Made by a program: the position numbers and the translations under genes
Notes under the pieces: generated by a model
What the model saw: the letters and a program-made list of their open reading frames with translations, nothing else
What the model was told of the DNA's origin: nothing
The model's database searches: none
In this document: one piece after another, positions 13,077 through 26,200 of the stretch
How positions within the stretch are numbered: position 1 is the stretch's first letter
How the letters are laid out: every line of letters begins with the position of its first letter
NCBI GenBank assembly: GCA_010015805.1
Contig: ML978127.1
Coordinates: 1,922,001-1,986,000 of the forward strand
Reading direction: 5' to 3'
DNA length: 64,000 nucleotides
From: Rhizodiscina lignyota
Lineage: Eukaryota

Positions 13077-15022
13077 ATGAGCGGCATTCGAAGCATCAAT
13101 GACAATGCCATACAGTCAGTCATTCAACGAGCACCAACCAGAGGTTGCTATCCCTCTCCGCTAGCATGGGAGGACCAAGTGCTGTATTTCATGCTTCCTG
13201 ATAGATTCTCGGATGGAAAAGAGACGGGGTACAAAGACATCCGCGGTCAACGCGTGACCAAGGGAACGACACCGATGTATACAAACGCAGATAATGACAA
13301 TGCCGCCAAGGATGAAACAGACGCAGAAGCTTGGTTAGACGCTGGAGCCAAATTTGTTGGCGGCACACTCGCTGGCCTCCAGTCAAAACTCGGTTACTTA
13401 AAGCGGTTGGGCGTCACTGTCATCTGGATAGGACCGGTCTTTAAGCAAGTTGCAGCTCTGCAAACATACCATGGCTACGGTAACATTAAAACTTACGCAG
13501 AAATAAAAGAAACTTTAAGCTAACAGCATTACTAGGTGTGCAAAACTTTCTCGACGTCGAACCGCGTTTTGGAACGCGAGAGCAACTCCGTCACCTCGTT
13601 CAATCCGCGCACGAAGTCGGCATATATGTAGTCCTCGATATTATATTGAATCACTCTGCAGATGTGTTCGCCTACGAGGCTGGCGCACCAACCTACAATG
13701 GCTCAGTCTTCCCAGTCAAAGGTTTCTGGGATGAAAATCGCAGGCCCAGTATACCCATGACTGACGGCCCAATTGATCAGAGGGCCTTCCCCTCCGCCTT
13801 CCCAAACGCAGCAATCTGGCCATTAGAACTCCAACCGCAATCAACATTCGATCGCAAGGGCTCCATTGGCGGCGACCAGTGGGATACCGCGCCGCATTTC
13901 TCGAAGGTGACTTCTTCTCCCTGAAGGACATCAGACTTGGTCCGCCCGACGCCGACGACAACTTCGCGGCCACATCAGCCTTTGACGTCCTCTGCCAAGT
14001 GTATAAGTTCTGGATCGCATATCTCGACATTGACGGGTATCGCATCGACACAGTCAAGCACATGGGCGATGGACCGACGCGCTACTTCTGCACCACGATT
14101 CACGAGTTCGCGCAGTCGTGCGGCAAGAACAACTTCTACCTCATCGGCGGGCAACCGGACCTTCCAGACAGTGGAGATCACAGGTCTCGACGCTGCGCTG
14201 GGCATAGGACGTGTCCAACAGACGCTGTGGAAAACGCCGAAGGGCCAGTGTAATCCAAATGACTACTTCGGCCTCTTCCGCAATGCAAAGTTCCTGAACA
14301 AGGGAAGCCACGCGTGGCTGCGCAACCGTGTCGTCACGATGATTGACGACCACGACCAGATCTGGCGCGGTAATGACAAGGCGCGCTTCTGCGCGTTCGA
14401 GAATCCTGCTGTCGCACCGCGCCTCGTACTCGCGGCCATGGGGATGAATCTGTGCACGCTGGGTATCCCTTGTATCTACTATGGTACGGAGCAAGCGTTT
14501 GATGGCGCCGGCGGTGGTGATAACAAAGGCCACGGTGCGGACCAGTTCATCCGAGAAGCCATGTTTGGCGGCGGGTTCGGCGCCTTTCGATCTAAGGGCC
14601 GGCACTTCTTCGACGAGTCGAGCTTCAGTTACTTGGAATTCGCGAAGATTTGTGAGATAAGGAGGAAAGAAGAGGCGCTGCGCAGGGGGAGACAGTACCT
14701 ACGCGACATCTCGTATGACGAGTCGGGATGGGGCTTGCCTACGATCGAAGGAGACCAGATGAAGAGTATCATGGCCTGGTCGAGGATCTTCAATGGCATT
14801 GAAATTCTCTGTGCAATCAACACGGATACCGAGAATGAAACTACAGTGTTCGTGACGGTGGACCACTGGATCAAACCTTCGGGATCAAGCATGGGGCTGA
14901 TCTATGCGAGCGGAGAGTCCACTAACCTGCATCAGACGCTCACTGTTAGTAATGACAGTGGAAGTGGAAGAAGCGTAGTGAAACTGGCCGTTCCGCCAGC
15001 AGGCTTTGTGATATACAAGTGA
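13077..15022 (+). pseudogene. GH13 alpha-amylase-family gene with two frameshifts
   Basis: WEDQVLYFMLPDRFSDG, GGTLAGLQSKLGYLKRLGV, YHGY, LDIILNH, DGYRIDTVKH, IDDHD; intron 13480-13535. The frame breaks near 13895 and near 14149 with no splice signals at either site. Confidence 0.8.
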
Positions 15023-15405
15023 CAATGTTAGGAGCGCAAAGAGTATGCGTTGGTGCAGGAGTCGATTCACTTACGATGGACTCGACGACGATTGTTATCA
15101 GGCATCGATACTCTGTGTATATAGTCTCACGAGCCAATCATGAATATTACAAGCGTAATCGGAAACATCTTCCACTGCATTACCGTTTCCCAATAAATAG
15201 GTACATTAAAAACACCAACGGATGGACATTGGGGGTATTTTAACGTCTGGGGTATCCATAGCGAATGTGAACAATTCTCGGCCGCTCAAAAACGCAACTT
15301 GTAAGCCTCGCAGGTTCCAAAACCGAACAAGAATCGAAAGCGAGAAGATTAACAGAAGGTATCGACTGATGCCCTCAATGTGGAGAGTAGCGGTAGGAGT
15401 AGTCA

Positions 15406-18400
15406 TCACGCTTTGACGGAGGGGCTTTTTGGAGGCGAGCCGCCTGCCGCAAGCTTGACCATGCTACTCTGGTTAGCTGAGAACATCAAAAGAGAGGAGG
15501 AATTGAGGATCTTACCGTCTTGTCTCTCCCAAGAACTCTTCATTCAGCTCCTCTAATTGCCGCGCCTGCTCTTGAATACTCGCCATCTGTTTTCAGAAAA
15601 TGTTAGTCATTTGTTCCGCACAATGTTCCACAAGAACCAAAAACAAATGAGAAAGTGTCGACAGCGTCTCAAGACTCAAAGAGGGCAATATATACAGGTG
15701 GTTCGTAGCAAGCACAAACCCAAACCCCGTAATGCCGTCCGAAGAATCCTTCGACGAAGCCGCCACCGTCGTAGTCGCTAGAACCGCAATGGAAACGCAG
15801 AGTACGATGCTCGTGCAGAAAATGAACAGGGTGAGGCTGACTTTTCCTCGCAGCGAGATACCGACGTCTGCGCCGTCATCGGCTTCGGCTTCGGCCACAT
15901 CCGTATGCGTGCCAGTAATGCCTAAATCACGCACCTGGTCTTCAGCTCCGGTCTCCCCTTCCGCCCCTGTCTCCGCACCCTGTTCTCCCTGCTTCTCATC
16001 TCCCTTCGCCCAGCGGCTGGCGCCGAGTCCGCCCTTGGGACTTCCAGAAGCTGCCACTGCCGCCTTGGCCTTCTCGAGGTCCGCGACACTGGCCTTAATC
16101 TGGTCCTGAAGCTCTACGATCTTCTTCGCCTGAGCTTCCGCTTCAGTCTTAAGAGTTTCTGCATCCACCGCGCTAGCTTCTACCTGTTTCAGCTTAGATT
16201 CCAGCTCTTCGAGTTGCGAGGCCAACTTCTCATTTTCGTTCTCTAGCTCTTCTACACGAGCCGTGTCGACTTTGGGTGTGGCCTCTGCTGCATCCTTTGA
16301 GGTTGACAGTTGGTTTTGTAGCTCTTCCTTTTGCGCCTCAAAGTAGTCCTTCGTCTCGAGGAGCTGCTCCTCGGCCTCAGCAAGCGCAGCCTTCTTAGCG
16401 TCCAATTCAGCTTGAAGCTCAGCAATCGCCTCAGCATGCTTTTTCTCCGCCTCAGCGACCTTTGTAGACCCTGCTTGCTCCAGCTCCTCTCTGATGGCCG
16501 TGGCTTTGGTCTCATGCTCGGCAGCCAGGTCCTTGAGCGTCTGTGCATGCTCTTCTTTGAGCTTCTCGACAGCAGCATCACTGTTAGCACTCGAGGAGGC
16601 TTTCAACTTGTTGACCTCCTCGCCATGTTGGGCAGTGAGCGCCTCATATTCAGCTTCCATGGCACTGAGCACGCCTGCATGCTGTTCTTTGAGATCTGCT
16701 TCTAGCTTGGCGAGATCCTTCTTGTGTTGGTCCGCCTGGCCACCGGAGGAGCTGGCAAGGTCGTCATACTTCTCTTGCAATGCTTGGAGAGCTGTGTCGT
16801 GTTCCGTTCGAATCTTTTGGATCGCATCAGCATGAGCATCCTCAGCGCTGGAATGCTTCTCGAACAGCGAGTCGTATTTCGATTGAAGCTCCTGCATCGT
16901 AGAATCCTGTGAATCCTGGTATGTCATGTGCAGATCATCCAACTCCTTCGCATGGTCATCTTTCAGTTTCTGCATTGCGTCGTTGTGCTTCTGCGTTGCG
17001 CCATCAAGTTCAGCCTTCAGTTTGGACAGCGCACCTGCGTGCTGTTTCTCCTTTTCATCACTGTCCTGACCAAAGGTCTCAAGCACCTTTTCGAGGCTCG
17101 TTACCTGGGTCTGCGCGGCTTCCAGCGACTTCTTAGTATCATCATGCGCTGCGGTTAATATCGCGGTCTCGGCCTTCATCGATTCAATGGTCGACTTGTG
17201 GCTTGCAATCTCATAAGATGAGTTCTTTTCCACGTCGACCTTGGCCTGTTCGAGCTGCGTAATGCGGTCTTGCAGTGTCTCGTTCACCTTCTTCAGTTCG
17301 GCAATCTCTTGCGAAGCTTTCTCCGTCTCTTCGCCTTGCCCCTCTTGTAGGACCTCCACATGATCATTTAGCTGCTTGATAAGGTTGTTCAAGTCCTCAT
17401 TTTCTGCCTTCACGTCATTCATCATCTTCTCGTGGTTCTGCAATTGGCTCTTCAAGTCATCAGCTAGCGCCTTTAGCTCGCTGACTTCCTTCTGCGCAGC
17501 GGACTGTGCATCTGTTTCTTGTTGCCGCAGAGTCTTTACTTCATCTTGTAGAGTCTCAATCACCGTGTTCAATTTGGATAGTTCATCATCCTTCGCGGTC
17601 TTCAAATCAGCCACTTGGCGTTCGTTTTGACTCATCTCATCTTGCAGTTTCTGCAGAAGCGTGTTGAGAGATTCTATCTCCTTCTCTTTCGCTTCTATCG
17701 CATTGTTGCCTTCGTTTTGGGCTTTCTTCGATTCATCCTGCAGGTCGCTGATGACGGTGTTCAATTTCTCGATCTCTTCTTCTCTGCTAGCTTCCCTGTC
17801 GGAGTGTTGCTGCTGCAACTTTTTTACCTCTTCCTGCAGGCGCTCAACAAGCTCATCGTTCGAAGAGGAATCCTGTTTCAAATTGCCGAGCTCATTTTGC
17901 AAGCTTTCGACAATGCTCTTGTGCATTGTCAACTCTTCATCCTTCGCGTTCAACTCCTCCTCTTTCAGAGACTGCAGCGCATCGAGATCCTCTTGCAATT
18001 TGGAATGTGCTGTTTGCACCTTCGCGGTCGAGTCCTTGCTTTGCTGTAGCTCCTCCTCGTGATTCTTCTGAAGCTCCTGCAGCTGCTTCTTGGCATCACT
18101 CAGTGCTGTGTGGGAGTCCTGAGCTGCGTCTTCGAGGGATTTGGCTTTGTCTTCATGGTCCACCTTGAGCTGCTTGATCTCGTCTTGCAAACTCTCTACG
18201 AGGGTTTTGAATTCGTCTGCCGAGGACTGGATCTTGGCTTTCTCTTCCTCATGTGTGGCATGGAGAGCTTCAAGTTCCGCTTGTAGTTGCTGAACATTCG
18301 ACGCAGCTTGCACCTGGCCTTCTTCTTGCGCCTTGGCGCCATCATCCAATTGCTTCTGGAGGGTAGCAATTTTCCCTGCGAGCTCAGACTCCTTCTTAAC

Positions 18401-19813
18401 GCCCTCGTTGACCGCCGACTGGAGTGCCTCCAATTGTGCTTGTGCTTCTTCTGCAGTTTTATTCGCCGTGGCCACCTCATCCGCCAGACCGCTGCTCTCT
18501 TCAAGCTGCTTCTTGACTTCTCCGAGCTCCGTAGTGTGCTTTTCTTCCAGCTCCTTCCGCACAGCATCAACCTTCTCTGCAACGATCTGATCCACGTCAA
18601 CCTCCGGCGCCTTGGCCTCCCCACCGGCTTTGGCCTTCTCTGCCCTCTGCTTGTGATATTCGACCTCCGCTTCCAGGTCCTTGATTTTCTCTTCCAAACT
18701 ATCCCGTGCTGTAGCTTCCTTGAGCAGCTCCATCACAACTTGTCTACTCCGCTGATTCTTGTCCTCAGCATCACCTTTGTCATCGACTTTAGCAGATGCA
18801 GCTTGCAGCGAAGCAAGGGTACGAGTTGAAGAGCCTTTGCCGAGCTCGACTTCTGCATCAGATACAGCTTTGTTGAGGGTCGCAGGAGACATTGTATCGA
18901 TGGATTCGGCGAGGTTCCTCGCTGTCTTCGGGGTTGTGGGCGCCTCGTTCGCAACATCTTCGGCTTTCTCCGGTACTGGGCTTGGGACGCCAGCTGCGGA
19001 ACCTGTAGACAGTTTTGGCCTGTGAGTTGTAGCTCCAGCTGCAGATGCAGGTTTCTTTGGTGGAGGCATGCCTGTCCTGCTCGATGTAGCCGGTGTCCTT
19101 GATGAAGTCGAGGAGCTCAAGCGAGAAGTAGTCGAAGTCGGTGCAGGTTTAGCCCCCGCACCCAGAGACTGTCTTGTCCTAGTAGGACTCGAGGGAGTAG
19201 GTCTCGAGCTTGTGGTGCTGCTTGAAGTAGTTGGTCTGCGTACAGACGAACCCAAACTAGAGCCCGGTGTAATTGTGGAACGTCGGTCACTGCTCGATGT
19301 AGACCCGGTCTTCGCAGTGTGGCCTGGTCGCGTCGTAGGAGTTGTCGCGACGGACGACATACGCTTCGACACGCCATTGGCACCGGTGGTGGACCTCTTC
19401 TCATCTCCAGACGTAAGTGTCTCGATATCTGACGATAGACGCGAGGAAGTGGGGGGACGACGCGTCGAAGTAACTGGTGGACGCGTCGGAGGCTTATTCA
19501 AGCTGCTGCCGGGGGCTGTACGTGTCGTAGACGTACTGGCTCCTGGCGTCTTCGATGTCGCAGCGGTAGATGTTCTACTGGTGGTAGAGGAGGTCGTGCC
19601 TGGACGCTTTGGAGCGCCGGCTGCGGAGCTGGCAAGTGAACGTTTAGGCGGGACATTTTCCGACTTTGAAGCCGTCGAAGCGGCAGCAGGTTTTTTGGGC
19701 TGCGGAGTGCTCGTGTCAACATCTGATGGGAGACTCGCAGGATCACTGGCCACGTTAGGAGCTTCTTCGTGAGCCGGTAGAGCTTCCGGCAATGGTTGAG
19801 CTTCGTCGGCCAT
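15406..19813 (-). CDS. Large coiled-coil protein with S/T/P/R-rich disordered N-terminus, function unknown
   Basis: About 1320-codon first exon with long E/K/L/Q heptads. Introns 15587-15841 and 15464-15515 give the C-terminus ...LRGK|MASIQEQARQLEELNEEFLGETRR|MVKLAAGGSPPKSPSVKA*. Confidence 0.85.
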
Positions 19814-20958
19814 GGTCAGTGAGCGGGAAGATAGGATGTCACCGTCGAAGTGAAGCCCCCACGAAATGAAGCAACGAAATTAACAAGCCAAGACAAAGGA
19901 AGCCGCAAAACAGGACGCAAAAAGCAAGGAACGAGATGCCAACTCAACGCATGAAAGAAGCTCTCGAAGTTGCTGATCCTACTTGCTGGCACTGCGATGG
20001 TAGGGATCAGGCCTCCTTTCCAACATGCAGGCGCGGAAGCGCGCTAGGCCCAGAATGGAATATCACATGGCTTTCACATCATTGGCCGAACCTTAATCCA
20101 CACATTCTCCCCTAACCGACGCGGCGCCGCGGAATGGAGCTGTTTGAGGCGGTTCGCAAAGCTTCAAGAACATTTCAATCAACTGTGGCGTTGTCTCGAT
20201 TGCATTTCGGTACTTGAAACACATAGTGCTGACCTGCTCCACGTTGCCAATTGCGATTGTCAATCGAAACCCTCACGGCCACCTCATCTCAAGATATCCC
20301 AGCCATAGAGCGATGACACACGCAAAAAGTCTCTGGAGAGGCGCGGCCTATGCCATGTATGGAGCTGTCTTTCAAGCTGTCTCGTAGTGCTCTCACATTT
20401 ACCCCTGATTCAGTGTAGACTTTCAGCCACACTTTCCATCACCACCATGGCCAGCGTAATGGTCTTGCGCGACAAAATCCTATCTCGCACGCCTTTCCAG
20501 CGCTGACGTGCAGAACATGCAGGACCCTTTGTCACGATATGGTCAAAAATAAATATCCGTGGGAATGTTCCTGCGATTTGCTTCTCTTGGATTGCAAGTC
20601 TCCCACCGTTGGTTGAGATCGAGCTCGTATATGCGGCCGGCGAGGCAGACTCCAGCCCTCTCGCCTTATGCGTCCCGCAACGGAAGATTCACGTGTACAT
20701 CGCATCCATGACTCCCGCCAAGCTTGCAGGTGGTGCTCTTCGAGATTAAGCGGAAGCTAGCTTCAGCTCTGCATGCGCGTTATTAAGTGAGCGCGATGCT
20801 GCTAACCGGCGCATTCAACTCCGCGTCCTCCTACTTATAAGTGGCGATTATCGCCTTCAGCTGCAGTGCAGCACCAAATGTCCACGCGCAAGCCTCCAAC
20901 TCCGGCATTGCGCCTTTGAGAGTCGCGTGGAGCTTCTCCATGAATAGGACAATTCACC

Positions 20959-22695
20959 ATGCCAGCTCCTGACGCCAACGCGTACGCTCCAGGAATTCCA
21001 CGCTCCGAGTATGGATTCCAAGGCAACCAAGACATCTACGGCGTCGGTATTCGAGCCGGTTACTATACGCAGGCGTTTGCTGTCTGGACCGCCAACTTCT
21101 TCGTTCCCCATGAAGCGCCGTTCCTCCACTCGGTCAATATCATGTTCATGATTGCCATGCTCGTTGGTCTCGTCTTCCTCGTTGACGATCCGGAAAATAC
21201 GTGGGCTGTCGAGCCATTTATGCTCCTGAACATCACGTACAGCATAGCATGGATCGGGACATGTTCGCCCGTGCTCAGTGATGCGCTGCCTTGGGAGAGC
21301 ACGTTAAAAGATGGGTTAGTCAGACAGGTCAGCTTCTTGGGGTTGGACGGATTCGCTGCCTGGTATTGGTTCATCGGGTTGCCAAAGATGAAGCCGACGG
21401 TCGGCGATTTGGGCACGATGGTGTACTGGTGGAACCAAGGCCCACTTTTCGGCTGGGTTCGCGTCGCTAACCAAGTCGTAACCGTCATGTCCATTGTTTT
21501 CCGCTTCATAGATATGGGATGTCGAGGGATGGTGGAGTACCAACAGCACAAGTTACGCCGAGAGCTCACAGTGGAATCACTGAAGGAACATGCAAAGTAC
21601 TGGATGCCTTTAAGCCAGCCAGAAAAGTCGATCATTGAGTTTAGCAGACCGGAACCGTGTTGTGAGAAGAAAGATCGCGAAAGCCAGGACGCATCGATGA
21701 CCAACGACTGCGAAATCGAGCCGTGTATCCCGTCCGCATCGTCTCGAAACCGCTCTGAGAAGAGCTTAGGTTCTCAACTGAAAGAGTTCGAGAGAAGAGA
21801 CACCGAGGCAACGTTAGTAATGGACAAGCTGAACGATAAAGATATTGTGGTACAGGAGCTCGCCATTTCTCCAACGACGCCGACCTTGAGTCCGACTTCA
21901 ACTTTCCCCATCACCGTACAATCCACCATATCCCGCCAACCGACATTCTCTGTCCCTCCCGTCTCCCACAACGGCAAACTTGTCTACCACCCTTCCTTAT
22001 CGGAGCTCAATCGAGCCAACGACTTCTTCAACTTAATCATTTCGGCCAACAAACGCTGGCCTTGGTACTGCGATTTCATGCTATTCTGGTACTACTTAGC
22101 CGCAATAGTACCGCTCTTCCTCTACGACGTACTCAGCGGCAATTTCCATCCTCGGCTAATGATCCCCATCATGCAATACATCAACGCGCAGCCGAACGTA
22201 GTGTGGCACCACGGCGTCAGGACCATCTGTTCTATACTCCGCCATCCGCCAGCCCACAAGGCCTCCATCGACTGGCGCGCGTTGACTCTCCTCGTGCGCT
22301 TCAAACTGACTCTAGACCCACCGGCACCGTTCACGAAAGGCAGAAAGCTCCTCGTAATGTGGCATGGCCTGTCGTTTGGTATAATGCTGGCCATCGGGAC
22401 AGAGTTGACGATCCAGTGGAATTACATCAAAGGTATCCAGAGCCTAGGCTCGGTCGGCCAGCTCATTCCCATGGCGCTTGGCGTCGGTGGGCTGGTCAAG
22501 GTGATTTGGGGTGCGTTCGTTGGTGATGAGGAGTGGTGCGGCAAGCAGTGCGCTGTTAAGTTGAGGAAGATGAAGTGGAGGGATGTTGCGTTGATGTGGG
22601 TGGAAGCCAATGAGGCGTGGGCAAGAGAGAGGGAGAAGGTGCAGCAGTATCGTGCAGCTGGTGATCAGTTTCCTGAAAAGAAAGAGACTGTGTAA
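20959..22695 (+). CDS. Uncharacterised fungal multi-pass membrane protein
   Basis: 578-aa intronless ORF. GNQDIYGVGIRAGYYTQ N-terminal motif and ELTIQWN...SVGQLIPM C-terminal motif, both seen in a fungal TM family; TATA-like TATAAG at about 20836. Confidence 0.75.
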   Translation: MPAPDANAYAPGIPRSEYGFQGNQDIYGVGIRAGYYTQAFAVWTANFFVPHEAPFLHSVNIMFMIAMLVGLVFLVDDPENTWAVEPFMLLNITYSIAWIGTCSPVLSDALPWESTLKDGLVRQVSFLGLDGFAAWYWFIGLPKMKPTVGDLGTMVYWWNQGPLFGWVRVANQVVTVMSIVFRFIDMGCRGMVEYQQHKLRRELTVESLKEHAKYWMPLSQPEKSIIEFSRPEPCCEKKDRESQDASMTNDCEIEPCIPSASSRNRSEKSLGSQLKEFERRDTEATLVMDKLNDKDIVVQELAISPTTPTLSPTSTFPITVQSTISRQPTFSVPPVSHNGKLVYHPSLSELNRANDFFNLIISANKRWPWYCDFMLFWYYLAAIVPLFLYDVLSGNFHPRLMIPIMQYINAQPNVVWHHGVRTICSILRHPPAHKASIDWRALTLLVRFKLTLDPPAPFTKGRKLLVMWHGLSFGIMLAIGTELTIQWNYIKGIQSLGSVGQLIPMALGVGGLVKVIWGAFVGDEEWCGKQCAVKLRKMKWRDVALMWVEANEAWAREREKVQQYRAAGDQFPEKKETV

Positions 22696-23286
22696 TATTA
22701 TGTATATCGAAATATGACATTGACGACTTGTAACGAAATTTCATGATCCCTTACAGTAGCATGACCATTTCGCACGAGCAATCAGTGGAGGAGTCGTAGT
22801 CTTACTGTGCTGATGGGGAAGTGGGGATGGAAGAGGATTGAGTTGACAAGGGAGTTGACTCATCAGCGCCGCCACCTACACAAGTTCAACATTAAAACAG
22901 CACGTTTGAATAAGAGCATCTTTGCTATGAATATTAATGGATTATTGAGGTTAGTGGTCGAAGCTGCCTCTGGAATCAAGGACAAAAGTTGTCCCGGCAG
23001 GCTGGAGGTAAATCAGTAACAGACTTCTGTTCTCCGCCTTTCTTCAACCGCTCTTTCCACCTTTTCAAATCTCTTTTGAGCATGGTGAGAACCATATTTT
23101 TGTCTATTATTAAACCGCCAGGTAAGTTTCGAGGAAACCCGCGGAGTATAAACGGCCTCGCCTTCGCTACCCTATCGTAATGTTTGCACCACGATAGTCT
23201 ACATCCAAATATACGCGAGAATCCTTTCGGTTCCGGGGCATCTGGTCGTCGCTCGAGCCCAGAACTATCGGTGATCTTTACCAACG

Positions 23287-26200
23287 TCAGTCAAACTCTT
23301 GATCAAGTTGTCTGAGAAGCTCTGTCTTGTGTGCATCGAGTGTCGAGGCTTTGACTCTTTTGGGCATCTCGAGCATCACCTCTCTCATCAGATCGAACAA
23401 GCCTGAGCTTGGAATAGAATTCTGCATCCGCTCCCGCTGCGACAACTCTGAGACAGTCGAAGCATCTTGCGCGGCGCCTTTCCCGTTTCTTCTTTTAGCG
23501 CTAGCGCCATTGCTAGGTCCACCCGCACTTCCTTTCGCCCTCACGTTCTCTGCAGCTCGCTCCTCGAGAGAGCGAACGACTTCCCGATTCTTTTCGTTGC
23601 CCTCGACAAGAAAACGCAATGCCATGACGGCGTGCTCCCGGATATAAGGATTGAAGTCGTCGTGCTTCGTACAGTTTAGGACGACCTCGATTCCGCCGTA
23701 ATCGCGCACTTGGTCTTGTACTTTCTGGTTCTTCCATGTGAGCGAAGAGAGTACCAGAACTGTTAACTTCTTCAGGTTCTTCCATGGGAAGTCAGATGGT
23801 TCGTCTTCGTTGGGCCCCACCCCAGTCGCTGCGTTCGAAACAGCAGAAGCTGTAGGCTGATGAAAGCTCAGAGTGGACTCGGGCATGCCTGGACCGGTCG
23901 GACTTCCAACTTCGTATGGCCTCTCGACCGCGACTGGAGCCTGGTTCGCCGGTAGTTCTTGTGGAACAAGTTGCATAGGAGCTTGAGCCTGTCTAACAGC
24001 GGTAGGAATCTTACTCATCTCCCTCGCTAGAATGCTGCGTGGAATCGCTGTATCCAGTTCCTTCAGAAGCGTCACAAGCTCGCTCGTCATTTCCCACTCG
24101 GCCATCATTTGCTTCCATGCGTCGCACTCTGTGAGGATCGCGAAGAATTCGAGATATTGATAGATGCCTTCGTACATACGTTCCATATCCCACAAGTTTA
24201 GTGGGAATTCTTCAGGAGACGCCTTGCCAGCACGGATCTGACCTTGCAAGAAGATCAGTGCACATGTCTGAGGCACTATGTGCCGTCGAAACTCGGTCAA
24301 CAGGAAATTGACCATGTGAGCATCAACCCGAGTAGGGTAAGGAGACTTTTCTCCAGTCCCAACAAGCTGAGACTGTGGACGATATTGAGTCTGTCTTGCT
24401 CGGAAAATGTTGGTGAGTAATTTCATGATGACGGCTTGAGCCGGAGAGATAATGTCCTTGCTCCTGTGGCTGATCAGTTGCTGTATACCTTTACATAGCG
24501 CAAGAACTTACTCTCGGAATGCATGATATGAAAAGGGCATCAGTCCGTTGCTGAGGATTGACTCCATGATCTTAACCATGAATTTGAAGTACAGCTCGTC
24601 TTCCCGCAGGTCCCACGCGGCTACGAAGATGAGGAGCTCTCGAAGCAGATTGCGACCATTGTCCTGAGCGAGGAGGAAGTGACAACGGACAGTGTGCATA
24701 TTGCGAATCGCACATGTCTCCTCTGTAGTTGAGCCATAGCCAGGAGAGTTTGGCAGCAGTGGAGGAACAATGCCTGACAGTATGATCATCGGTAGCACCT
24801 CGATTTCATTTGGTCCCAAGATTAGCGGCACATCTGTCAGCAAGCCTCGACCATCGTCTCCAGGAACCCCGAAATCCTCATCCTCACTATCCTCCTCACT
24901 GCCATATTCAGCAGTGCGAGAGACAGGAGGCGACGTCATTCGCCGCGATCCTGACGGAGGAAGAGATGGGTCCCGTACTTCGGGGCGGATTTGCCGAGGT
25001 GGGAGGTCTTCTCTACGCTCAGTCAGGGGATCCAGTCTCTTCATGAGATCATCTTTTCCCTGCTGAAGAATGTCAGCGCCATAGGATGCGTTGTATGCCA
25101 TGCGGTAGTCCGATTCCATAGCAGGAGGAGGTGTCGCCTTGTCATCTACTCCATGAGCCAGGTAACTGCTGACCTCTAGTGGTAAAGTCTTTTCGTAAGG
25201 TGCGGCAAGTGCTCTTCTCGTTCCGAAACTCATGTCCGGTCCCTCTTCTGATGATGGTTGAGCAGCACTTCCGTTGTAGTTTTCAAAGTCGGCTCGTAGC
25301 TGTTGGATCTTGTTTGCAAGTGCAATAACGCCATCATTCTTCGACGATGACTGTCCTGGCGAAGCCGTCGGTTTTCCTGTGAGACCTTGGTATGTTTCAC
25401 CCCAGACCTACAACAAACTGTTAGCATCGATAACTAAGCTGAGAAGGGGTCGAAGGGATCTTGACTTACAGCCTGCTCCTCTGGTATCATAACTTCCCAC
25501 CGTTTTTGGCACGCCTTGGCGATATCAATTGGATCGCACTTTTCTCCACGGTCAGCTAGGTCCCGTCGTACTTCGAGACCGATTTTGCCAACATAAACAA
25601 GGAATGGCCCAGAATCGGCTCCAAAACGGCCCTTTCCTTCTTCGAGACGCTTCCCCTCTCGCATGGCTTCCTCAATTATGGTGGAAAGTGCGTCTCCATA
25701 TTTTCGAGATAGTTGGGGTGGCATGACACCTTTGTTCTCGTGAGCCGCAGCTAGAAGTTTCTTCTCTAGTTCTTCAAGTCGTTTCATACTAGACATTCCA
25801 TATGATTTAGAGTTCGTAGGATTTGCAGTCGCCACAGCCTGATCGGTTTCGCCAGGTTGTACATCGGACTCAAGAGGGCTTTCAGACTGCTTGCCTTTTG
25901 AGGATTCGCCGTTTGCCATTGGAGCTATTACACTGTCGGTAGTACTATCGAAGAGCTGTACCCAAAGCATCAACTTTCGTCGTTCGTTCTGGGCGACCAG
26001 ATTATTGAGGAATTGGAGGCAGTTTATAAGTAGCTTCTTGTCTGTCGAGAGTCAACTTGATGGTGTCCTTTCTGTTTAATAATGCACAAGACTCACAGTC
26101 ATTAACAACGGTCTGCCACTTCTCCTCGTCCGGTCCAGCGTCTCCATCGTAGCCCCGTGCTGTGACCTTCACACAAACGCTTATGATTTTGAAGACGCCC

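Noticed and set aside
16252..19772. Antisense and alternative-frame ORFs over the coiled-coil gene, and similar ones over other CDSs
   Set aside because: Shadow ORFs caused by codon bias of the real genes.
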